DNA of 64,000 bases, taken from NCBI GenBank assembly GCA_963799845.1, contig CAWCYI010000004.1:960001-1024000 (forward strand), in the 5' to 3' direction. A model generated the notes under the pieces. That model had not been told where the DNA came from. It searched no databases and worked only from the letters and a program-made list of their open reading frames with translations. The position numbers were made by a program, and so were the translations under genes. Positions 41,052 through 49,820 of the stretch are shown here, piece by piece (positions within the stretch are counted from its first letter, which is position 1; the number at the start of each line of letters is the position of its first letter). The stretch comes from an uncultured Nitrososphaerota archaeon (GTDB lineage Archaea > Thermoproteota > Nitrososphaeria > Nitrososphaerales > CADDZS01).

Positions 41052-42296
41052 ATGCCAGACTATCACGTCCCCCGAGGGAGCAACGCTAAGCTCGACGGAA
41101 TCGAAGGAGAGCTCAAGGTCGGGTCCAGGGCAAGAATCGAGGCAATCAGCGGAAATCTCGTCCAAGTCTCTGAAGGAGCGTACTTTGACGGGGCCGCCGA
41201 AGTCAATTGCGACTTCGAGTGCGATTCCCTCAGGGTAGGATCCGGAGGCATTCTCCACATCAACGGCAATCTGACAGTACACAAACTGCTAGACGTGAAC
41301 CACTCGATAGAAGTGAGCGGCGCCATCAAGGCAGGGCAAATCGACGTGGGGGGGAAAATCCGAGCGAAGGTTTTGAGCTGCGCGAGGATGAGGGTGGGAG
41401 GACAGGTGGAGGCCGAAGAGCTGCTTGAAGTCGAATCCATCAACGTAGGCGGTAAAATCGAAGCTCCAGGAACCGTGATGATTGGAGACTTTGAAGTCGG
41501 AGGGGCCGCCGTGATCGGAGGAGGGAAAATCTCCGGCAAAATAAGAGTTGGTGGAAAATTCGAAGCTCGGTCGAGACTTGAGTTCGGAGATCTCCAGGTC
41601 TACGGCAAAACCAGCCTCTCAGCCGACAGCAAGGGCAGCAAGATCTCAACTACCGGACAACTTTCCGTTTCGGGAGATATCGATTGCGATGAAATCTCTG
41701 TTTTTGGGAGGACGGAGATCCATGGTAGTTGCAAATCCAAGCAGATCAAAGTAAACGGGAGTCTCGAAGTTTCCGGTTCGCTGATGACGGCCGACTTGCT
41801 CGAGATCTATGGATCAACCGAAGTTGATGAAGATTTTGAAGGAACGGATGTTCGGGTAGGAGGGAAATTTGAGGCAAGGAAGATACTGATCAGGAATGAA
41901 ATAGATGTTACCGGGCGGGTCGAAGCCGGCCAGGGACTGAAAGCAAAAACCGTCAGAGTTGGAAGCGGATCTCGAGTGGAGGGAGTAATCGTCGCTCAAA
42001 ACGTCGATGTCGGCGGAAGCTTCGAAATCGTAAACTGGCAGAAAAATTGGATGGGACAAATTGCCCGAGCCAGGCTCGTGGGAAAATTGACAAGAGTGGA
42101 CGACATCTACGCAGACGAGGTACGACTAGGAAGGAACTCAAGGAGCGAAAGAATTTTTGCAAGAATCGTGGAAGTGGAAGACGATTGCACCGCCGGGGAG
42201 ATCACCTATACGTATGATTTGAGGGGCGACCTTGAACGCGTTCATATTGAAAAACCGCCTGTAAAAGTTTCCAGACTACCGGAGCCACCGATCTGA
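41052..42296 (+). CDS. Long bactofilin-like (polymer-forming cytoskeletal) beta-helix protein
   Basis: A G/V/I-rich pseudo-repeat of about 16-17 aa (IDVGGKI, MRVGGQV, INVGGKI, FEVGGAA, IRVGGKF, VRVGGKF) runs through most of the protein. No signal peptide is evident. Confidence 0.7.
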   Translation: MPDYHVPRGSNAKLDGIEGELKVGSRARIEAISGNLVQVSEGAYFDGAAEVNCDFECDSLRVGSGGILHINGNLTVHKLLDVNHSIEVSGAIKAGQIDVGGKIRAKVLSCARMRVGGQVEAEELLEVESINVGGKIEAPGTVMIGDFEVGGAAVIGGGKISGKIRVGGKFEARSRLEFGDLQVYGKTSLSADSKGSKISTTGQLSVSGDIDCDEISVFGRTEIHGSCKSKQIKVNGSLEVSGSLMTADLLEIYGSTEVDEDFEGTDVRVGGKFEARKILIRNEIDVTGRVEAGQGLKAKTVRVGSGSRVEGVIVAQNVDVGGSFEIVNWQKNWMGQIARARLVGKLTRVDDIYADEVRLGRNSRSERIFARIVEVEDDCTAGEITYTYDLRGDLERVHIEKPPVKVSRLPEPPI

Positions 42297-42327
42297 AAAG
42301 CAAATCTGCGAGGCGCGGCACACACCG

Positions 42328-42639
42328 ATGAAAAGCAAGAGTTCCAAGAGATCACGAGTGGAATTGTACGCGACAGTCCTAGAGGTTATCAAGCGCTACC
42401 CCGAAGGTTCGCGGATTACCAAAATGTCATACGGAGTGGGGATGCCGATCGACAGGCTGAAGACAATCCTCGTCGATCTGACGTCCTTTGGACTCGTCCA
42501 GACCATAACCGACGAAGAAGAGGAAGGAATTTTTTACACTCTGACGCCGAGAGCTTTTGATTTCCTGGAGACCTACTGGAAGATGAAAAGTTATCTCGAA
42601 ACATTCGGAAATTCTGGGAGCAATTCTTTCACTTTCTAA
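42328..42639 (+). CDS. Winged helix-turn-helix transcriptional regulator (archaeal)
   Basis: KRSRVELYATVL, RITKMSYGVGM and YTLTPRAFDFLE. Confidence 0.8.
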   Translation: MKSKSSKRSRVELYATVLEVIKRYPEGSRITKMSYGVGMPIDRLKTILVDLTSFGLVQTITDEEEEGIFYTLTPRAFDFLETYWKMKSYLETFGNSGSNSFTF

Positions 42640-42738
42640 TCGGTGCCATAAGAGGAAAATCCGATCACACCAATTTTATCCGATTCATCTATCATCATTG
42701 AGGCCTATACTTAACATTCCAGTTACGCTTATATTGAC

Positions 42739-42754
42739 TATCCAATATTGGATA
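42739..42754. promoter_or_regulatory. Perfect 16-bp palindrome between the TATA box and the Rieske gene start
   Basis: TATCCAATATTGGATA, with TTATAT at about 42729-42734 and ATG at 42764. Confidence 0.65.
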
Positions 42755-42763
42755 TGCGATGTT

Positions 42764-43165
42764 ATGAACTCCAGAGAAGTAGCTAAACTCAGCGAAATCC
42801 CGATGGGAAAGATGAAACACGTAAAGGCGTTTGACGAGGACATTTTGCTCTCCAATGTGAATGGCACGATTTATGCAACCACGAATCGTTGCGGACACCA
42901 GAACGCGTCACTTGCAAAAGGAACTCTCAACGGAGATGTTGTTACCTGTCCTCTCCACGCGGCAACTTTCGACGTCAGGACCGGGAAAAATCTCACAGGC
43001 CCACAGCTGATGATGCCGCCGGAAGTAATGCAAAAACTTCCCCCGGAGATGCTCGTGATGTTCAAGAAGACCGGGGAAATTCTCTCGGAAATAGAAGTCC
43101 AGCCTCTGAAGACCTTTGCCGTCGATGTCAAGGGCGATTCAATTTTCGTGAGCCGGCCCGAGTGA
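42764..43165 (+). CDS. Rieske [2Fe-2S] ferredoxin
   Basis: CGH...CPLH ligands, with a Met/Pro-rich insertion before the last strands. Confidence 0.92.
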   Translation: MNSREVAKLSEIPMGKMKHVKAFDEDILLSNVNGTIYATTNRCGHQNASLAKGTLNGDVVTCPLHAATFDVRTGKNLTGPQLMMPPEVMQKLPPEMLVMFKKTGEILSEIEVQPLKTFAVDVKGDSIFVSRPE

Positions 43166-43353
43166 GATGGTAAATTCCACGATTACTTGTCAGTCTCAAG
43201 TAGTCGGAGGATGTTTCTCTTTCGTAACGTCATCCATATATGCCCAATACTTTAGATTGCTAACGTAAGATTGCGTAACGCTTAAAGTATGTCGTGGCTA
43301 ACAAAGTTATATGCATCTAAATTTCGCAGATTGAAAATCAGTAGTGAACAAGC

Positions 43354-44367
43354 TTGACGGAAATTATCAATGTTAAAGATCTCGTGTTAACCTATGCCGA
43401 CGGTACGAAGGCTGTCCAGGGAATTAGTTTCTCTGTAAACGAGGGAGAGTTTTTCGGCTTCCTTGGTCCCAACGGTGCAGGAAAAAGTACTACAATCAAG
43501 ATTCTAACGACGCTTCTTCACAAGACTTCAGGAACTGCATCAGTTTTGGGCTATGATGTTGAAAAGCAGGCGGGAGAGATTAGAAAGTTGATGGGCGTCC
43601 AGAGCCAGGAAAGCTCCGTTGATCCAGAACTAACCGGTCGTGAAAACATGATCCTCGAGGGAAATCTTCAGCAGATGCACGGCAAGGAGCTTGAGGAGAG
43701 GGTGGATTCTCTTTTGGAAATAGTTGGACTAAAGGATGCTGCCAACAAGCGGGCGGGTAGGTACTCTGGTGGAATGAAAAAAAGACTGGATCTCGCTTCA
43801 ACTCTGGTTCACAAACCGAAGATTTTGTTTCTGGACGAGCCGACGACGGGACTCGATCCTCAATCCAGGGCGACCGTGTGGGATTACATGGAGGAATTGA
43901 ACAAGAAGGAGGAGATCACGATTTTCTTGACCACCCAGTACCTCGAAGAGGCAGACAGGTTATGCCAGCGCCTCTGCATTGTGGACGTAGGAAAAATAGT
44001 TGCTCAGGGCTCGCCTGCTGAGTTAAAGGCGGAGATCGGAGCCGACGCGATCACAATCACGATGAAAGACCCCCAGGGCAAGAGCGATGAATCTGTCCGC
44101 GCCGCTGGTAGGCAGTTAGTCTCGACTCTTCCGAACGTCGTGAACGTCGTGGATTCCGGCGACGGACTAACAATTTATGCAAAAGATGGAGGGTACTTCA
44201 TCCCGGACCTTGTCAGAGCATTTGACAAATCCAACATCAAACTCGTTTCGATTAACCTCTCATCGCCAACACTTGATGACGTTTTCCTGAGACACACCGG
44301 CAAGAGAATCAGAGTGGAGGAGCTGCAGAAAGCCGTGCCTACTATGTTTGCGAGGGGACGGAGGTAG
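43354..44367 (+). CDS. ABC-2 exporter ATPase, DrrA-like
   Basis: Motifs GPNGAGKST, YSGGMKKR and LDEPTTGLDP. The H-loop reads TTQYLEEAD. Confidence 0.93.
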   Translation: MTEIINVKDLVLTYADGTKAVQGISFSVNEGEFFGFLGPNGAGKSTTIKILTTLLHKTSGTASVLGYDVEKQAGEIRKLMGVQSQESSVDPELTGRENMILEGNLQQMHGKELEERVDSLLEIVGLKDAANKRAGRYSGGMKKRLDLASTLVHKPKILFLDEPTTGLDPQSRATVWDYMEELNKKEEITIFLTTQYLEEADRLCQRLCIVDVGKIVAQGSPAELKAEIGADAITITMKDPQGKSDESVRAAGRQLVSTLPNVVNVVDSGDGLTIYAKDGGYFIPDLVRAFDKSNIKLVSINLSSPTLDDVFLRHTGKRIRVEELQKAVPTMFARGRR

Positions 44368-44374
44368 AAAGAAA

Positions 44375-45148
44375 ATGACGCTTCTATTCGACACTCGAAA
44401 CCTGTTCATAAGGGCATTGAAGAAGCTGACCCGAAATCCGATCTTGATATTCTTCTCGCTTTTTCAACCCATAATATTCCTCGTCTTGTTCACCCAGCTG
44501 TTTCATTCGTTCAATCTCTTACCTGGTTTCCCAAAGGGCGTGTCTTACCTTCAGTATGCGGCGGCGGGTATTCTTTTACAGAATGCGTTCAGCAGTGCGC
44601 TTCAAGCGGGAACTTCGATTGTAGACGATATTAACTACGGCTTTTTATCGAAGATGCTTGTAACGCAGGTAAGTCGACCAGCGATTTTGCTTGGAAGGCT
44701 TTCGAGCGACGCGTTCAGGGTCACGGTACAGTCGATCATAATTCTCGTGCTGGCGTACCTTCTAGGATTCAGAGTAGCTACTGGTTTGCCCGGAATCCTA
44801 TTGATGATTTTCATAATCGCGTACTTCGGACTGGCCTGGTCTGGCATTTCCCTCGCGCTGGGGATGAAGACGAAGAGCTCGGAGACCGTGTTTGCAATCG
44901 GCGGGTTCCTGACATTCCCCCTGCTATTCGCGAGTACTGCTCTGGTGCCAGTCAGTTTTATGCCGCAATGGATGCAGGACGTTTCCATGGTTAATCCGAT
45001 AAGTTATGCGGTTAATGCCGTGAGAGATCTTTCGCTCCCGGGCTACTTCTCGGCCAGTGCCGAATTAACTTCCTTAGGAGTCATTACGCTCATCGCGGCT
45101 ATCACATTGTCAGCGACGCTCTACCTTTTCAGGAAAGTCGTTTCCTGA
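44375..45148 (+). CDS. ABC-2 type permease
   Basis: Motifs SLFQPIIFL, FPLLFAS and MPQWMQ..S.VNPISYAV. Confidence 0.9.
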   Translation: MTLLFDTRNLFIRALKKLTRNPILIFFSLFQPIIFLVLFTQLFHSFNLLPGFPKGVSYLQYAAAGILLQNAFSSALQAGTSIVDDINYGFLSKMLVTQVSRPAILLGRLSSDAFRVTVQSIIILVLAYLLGFRVATGLPGILLMIFIIAYFGLAWSGISLALGMKTKSSETVFAIGGFLTFPLLFASTALVPVSFMPQWMQDVSMVNPISYAVNAVRDLSLPGYFSASAELTSLGVITLIAAITLSATLYLFRKVVS

Positions 45149-45205
45149 GCTTTCTGACCAAAGATTAGATCGGTCTATCCGTTGGAAGAAAAGCCCCGAG
45201 TGGTC

Positions 45206-46735
45206 CTAAAGGAGGAATCGTGCCACTTTACCCAGTGGAGACGGGAGAAAATCTTCCAAGTAACGCTTGTCGTCTTCATCTAAAAGTCCGAAGGCGCGCA
45301 CGCACATCAGAACTACTGCCTCCCCGATTAGAGCGTACGGGATCAGGGTTATCGTGCTATCTGATACAAACGTGGACAGTGAATACAACACAGCGAACAT
45401 GATGAATGAAATAACAAACACCTTGGCGTAGAATCCATAGTCAGCCACGCCTTTCAGATAGTACTTTGTCAAGTATACAGCCATAAGAAATCCTACGATA
45501 TCAACAAGGATTCGGCTAGCTGTTGCTCCCAGTAAACCAAGACTGGGAACCATCAACACGGACAAAACAATATCCAACACTACAGTCACGATTCCTATTA
45601 GCAGAACTTGGGTTGTTTTCCCGGTTGAAAGAAGTAGTGAAGTGGGTATTCCCTGCATCGCAACAAAAATAAAGAAGACAGACATCAGCTGCAAGGAGAA
45701 ATTGGCAGCAAGATAACTTACGCCTCCTCCAGTAAACAAATTAATCATTTGAGTAGAGAGAGCCGCAAGCGCAAAGGACACGGGAATCAGAGCAAGTAGG
45801 GAGTACCTGAAAGCTAGCCTCAAACCGGTGGAGAGCTGCTTGTGATCTCCCGAGCTTGACGAAGTTTCTGGTAAGAATGCTGTATTGAGTGGCGTAAAGA
45901 ACACCACACCAAGACCACCTACAATAGAAATCACGGCGTTGTACGCCCCCAGTTGGGTTTCGTTTAGCAACCCACCCACAACTAGTGGATCAGCCGCACC
46001 AGTAGCGACTGTAACAATTCCTGCAATACCAAGAGGGATAGAGTACCTAAGCACTTGCCTGAATGCCTGTTCCTGTGTTTTCGTGGAATCCGCTGGCAAA
46101 AGGCCCTTGCGAGTGATCGCTAGAGACCAAATACAAATCACAGCACCATATACGACCCAAGCAATGATGGGAACAATTACACTTTGAAACTCGAGCAGTC
46201 CGAGTACTGTGAGACCAACCATCGCCAGACTCGCACTCATGAGAATCTTTGCGAGAGAACCATATTTCTTCATCCCCTGGACGAGACCCTGAAATATCCC
46301 TGAAATTGTACTGGAGAAAATCCAGGCCCCTGACGTCGCAAAGATCCAAGCTGAGCCTGTACTTTTTGTAAAATAGAAAGAAAGTGTTGGCGAGAGCAGC
46401 AAAACCACAATCGTAGCGGCAGAAGAGAAGATCAATGAAAGAACTAGTATTGACCTTGAAATCATTCTAGACTCTCCTTCATTGTACGCCATAAATGCAA
46501 CGAACCTTGTCGCAGCAATTTGCAGCCCAAATGAAGCAACGGATGATCCAATCAAAGTTACGAGCACAACTCCAGAATAAAGACCGAACGCGGAAGGCGA
46601 CAAGATATGAAGGAGCAAAGCAAGGAAGGCAGAGCTAAGAATACTATTGACTACATTCTGAATCGTTAGAGATCTGATACCGGAGACGATGTTCTTTGCC
46701 CTTTCTGATGTGGTCACAACACTCTGTCCGGACAA
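45206..46735 (-). CDS. Oligosaccharide flippase (Wzx/MurJ-like polysaccharide transporter)
   Basis: About 14 TM helices with LSPSAFGLY, FGLQIAATRF, YSIPL, LGAYNA and GLLGA. Confidence 0.85.
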   Translation of the reverse strand: MSGQSVVTTSERAKNIVSGIRSLTIQNVVNSILSSAFLALLLHILSPSAFGLYSGVVLVTLIGSSVASFGLQIAATRFVAFMAYNEGESRMISRSILVLSLIFSSAATIVVLLLSPTLSFYFTKSTGSAWIFATSGAWIFSSTISGIFQGLVQGMKKYGSLAKILMSASLAMVGLTVLGLLEFQSVIVPIIAWVVYGAVICIWSLAITRKGLLPADSTKTQEQAFRQVLRYSIPLGIAGIVTVATGAADPLVVGGLLNETQLGAYNAVISIVGGLGVVFFTPLNTAFLPETSSSSGDHKQLSTGLRLAFRYSLLALIPVSFALAALSTQMINLFTGGGVSYLAANFSLQLMSVFFIFVAMQGIPTSLLLSTGKTTQVLLIGIVTVVLDIVLSVLMVPSLGLLGATASRILVDIVGFLMAVYLTKYYLKGVADYGFYAKVFVISFIMFAVLYSLSTFVSDSTITLIPYALIGEAVVLMCVRAFGLLDEDDKRYLEDFLPSPLGKVARFLL

Positions 46736-46994
46736 AGAATTCGCTGTTCCGACAGGTGCGCCAGAGTCAAGATATATGTTATCTCATTCCCACCGGTAAC
46801 TTGGGATCTGGGGCGTCGAATTGTCGTGGAGACCAAAACAGCATAAAACGGCTATAAGGAAACTGGGTTACGTGACCACGGAAAGCGATGTCATGATAGG
46901 CAAGACTACCGCTAACGATGCGATATGGCCATCCAGAAAGTACCGGCCAAAATAGGGAGTAGTTAATAGTGTATCCAGTGGAGTTAATACCAGA

Positions 46995-48504
46995 GTGCCA
47001 TTACACAAGCTGTTGATTATCGGAATCGACGCTGCAGATTTTCAGTTAACACAAAGTTTCATGGATAGCGGAGAGTTGCCGCGACTTTCTACTATCCGGG
47101 ATAAGAGTAACTTTTCATGTTTGAAGTCGGTTATCCCTCCGAACACGGCTCCCGGATGGACGTCAATTACCACCGGTGTGAACCCCGGCAAGCATGGAAT
47201 ATACTATTTCTATAATTTTTCAACTTCTCCGCTCACGATAACTAACGCCACCCATACTTCTACTCCAAGGATCTGGAATTACGTTGAAGCTCTTGACGAA
47301 AGATCAGTAGTTGTCAACGTTCCGGTCACTTATCCAGTGCACGAGATCGCAGGCTCTATGGTGACAGGGATCCCTCCCTGGTACATCGACCAAAGATCCG
47401 TTTACCCCGATGATCTTCTGAAGAAGTTGAAAAGCGCGGATTACGAAATCGATACTCCGATGAGCAGAGGCCTCGAAAAACGACCCGACGCCCTGGTCTC
47501 TCGTCTTTTGGCGACGGAAGAAAAAAGAGTGGATGTTTTCCTCGATTTGCTCAGGGAAAAAGAATGGTCGTTTGGCATGATAGTTCTAACCGCTCTGGAT
47601 CGGCTTCAGCACAAACTGGTCGGGAAGGGGGAGATTGAAAGTAAAGCCGTCAGGCGCGGCTATCATGAAATCGATGGGCTGGTCGGAAAAATTATTGATT
47701 CATTGGGAGGCGAAATCAATGTTCTTGTAGTTTCGGATCATGGTTTTAATTCAACGCCAATTGCATTTTATCCGAATGCGTGGTTGCACGAGCAAGGTTT
47801 GTTGCAGAGGAAGTCTTCTCTTCGCTACCGTACCTCAAAGGTTTTGCATGATTTGTTTGACGGACACCTGCTTTGGTTACCTCAAAGCATGACAAAGAGA
47901 TTTCAGGGAGCAGCAGTAGTCGTGCAGACTATCGACGCTGTGGATCTTGCAAAATCGCGGGCCTTCGTGCCGGGTACTGACGGAATAATCGTCGTGAAAT
48001 CGAAGGAGGATGAAAAGTCAATCATTTCAGGTCTTTCGGAACTGAAGGACGAATCTGGAAGGAAAATTTGCAGCATTTACACCCGAGATCAGGTCTTCAA
48101 AGGAGCTGAGACTCGATTCCGCTCCTGAATTGCTGATTGTTCCACGCGACGATGTCAACATTAGATCCGATCCATTCAACGACAAGGTTGTCTCCGGCCT
48201 TGGAAATTTCCCAAAGGGAAATCATGGGCCGAATGGAATATTTCTAGCAACAGGCCCGAGTATCAGGAAATCTGCAAGCCTTGAAGTTTATCTGGAAGAC
48301 GTGGCTCCTACGTCGCTTACATTAATGGGAATAAAACCGCCAGATTCCATGGATGGGCACGCTCTTCAAGATATCATGGTTGCGCTGAATTATTCTGACT
48401 CTCTCAAGCCAGCGAAGGTTATCGGTGACGATCGCGACTTTGCATTCTCGGAGAAGGATGAAAAAAACGTTATGGACAACTTGAGGCGTCTTGGTTATAC
48501 GTGA
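46995..48504 (+). CDS. Alkaline phosphatase superfamily (nucleotide pyrophosphatase-like) protein (frameshift at 48104-48109)
   Basis: Motifs IIGIDAA, PPNTAPGWTSITTGVNPGKHG, DRLQH and VSDHGF, then GNHGPNGIF, DVAPT and LRRLGY after one G is removed. Confidence 0.88.
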
Positions 48505-48534
48505 TGCCGGAAAGATCATGGAGGCAAGATAGAT

Positions 48535-49734
48535 TTGCGGAAAGATAGCTCCACGCTCAAGCCGGAATTTCTCGGGAAGAAACTAGATCATGTTCGAAAA
48601 GAGATGGAAGATTCGGACATCGATCTCTGGATTACATTTACAAGAGAAGGAAATCCTGATCCCGTATCGACCGATCTCGGGCTGGAAAACGCAGTCTGGA
48701 AAGCGGCAGCGCTTCTCGATGCCCGGGGAGGAATGAATGCAATTGTGGGCGGTCTGGACTCCGAAGCTGTGCGTCAGAGGGGAATCTATGATCAGGTCTA
48801 CGGTTACGGGAAGGAAGGACACGCCCCCAAACTCGTGGAGTTTTTGAAGAAATCAAAAGCGAAGAAAATTGCGATTAATACTAGCGACGATTTCGGTTTC
48901 TCAGACGGCCTCACTCCCGGAATGCTCAGCTACCTGAAAAAATGTGTCCTAAGAGCAGGCGGGAAAAGAAAGCTTGTCTCTGCGGAAGATCTGATTATCA
49001 CGTTGCGTGCCCGTTTGATTCCCGAGGAAGTCGATCTCATGAGAAAGGCGGTGGAGCAGTGCGAGGCAGTTTTCGACGTCGCGGAGAAAGATATTATCAA
49101 GGCGGGGAGGACCGATAAGCAGATCCACGAGATGTTTCAAGTGGAAGTGAGAAACAGGGGCCTCGAGCTTTCATGGGGAGAGGATCACTGCCCGGCGGTG
49201 GTTGTCGGGAACGATGTCTTCGGACATTCGGGATTTTCAGGGCGTACTCTTGAAGACGGTGATTTGATTCACTTCGACTTTGGTGTGAAATATGAGGGAT
49301 ATTGTAGCGATCTTCAGCGGGTTTACTTCGTTGGAAAGAGTTCTCCTACCGAATCAGTCCGAAAGCTGTTCAAGGCAACGAAAGATGCGACAGATGCGGG
49401 AGTGGACGCGATTAGGGCATGGGTCAAAGGATACATTGTTGACAAAGCTGCCCGTGATTCTGTGATAGCATCGGGGTACCCGGAGTACCTTCACGGGACG
49501 GGTCACCCGATCGCTCGCGCGACCCACGAAATAGGTCCAAATATCGGCCCGAGGTGGCGAGAAAGGTACGGCAGGTCCATGGAGAAAAAACTCGCTCCAG
49601 GCATGATTTTCACGGTCGAGCCATCTGTCGTGGGAGATGACGGGACGATGAACATTGAACGAGAAATTCTGGTAACAGAGAACTGGAAGGAATCATTTTC
49701 GACGGCGGAAGAGGAACTCTACCTGCTGGGCTAG
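48535..49734 (+). CDS. Xaa-Pro (M24) peptidase
   Basis: Motifs DFGVKYEGYCSD, HGTGH, HE, TVEP and NIE. Confidence 0.9.
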   Translation: MRKDSSTLKPEFLGKKLDHVRKEMEDSDIDLWITFTREGNPDPVSTDLGLENAVWKAAALLDARGGMNAIVGGLDSEAVRQRGIYDQVYGYGKEGHAPKLVEFLKKSKAKKIAINTSDDFGFSDGLTPGMLSYLKKCVLRAGGKRKLVSAEDLIITLRARLIPEEVDLMRKAVEQCEAVFDVAEKDIIKAGRTDKQIHEMFQVEVRNRGLELSWGEDHCPAVVVGNDVFGHSGFSGRTLEDGDLIHFDFGVKYEGYCSDLQRVYFVGKSSPTESVRKLFKATKDATDAGVDAIRAWVKGYIVDKAARDSVIASGYPEYLHGTGHPIARATHEIGPNIGPRWRERYGRSMEKKLAPGMIFTVEPSVVGDDGTMNIEREILVTENWKESFSTAEEELYLLG

Positions 49735-49820
49735 ATCAAAGTTTTTCTTATTACATACGAAGATGAAAGACGTCCCACCTTACTTTATTTATGGAACTGC
49801 GGGATTGAGCTTTCAAAGAA

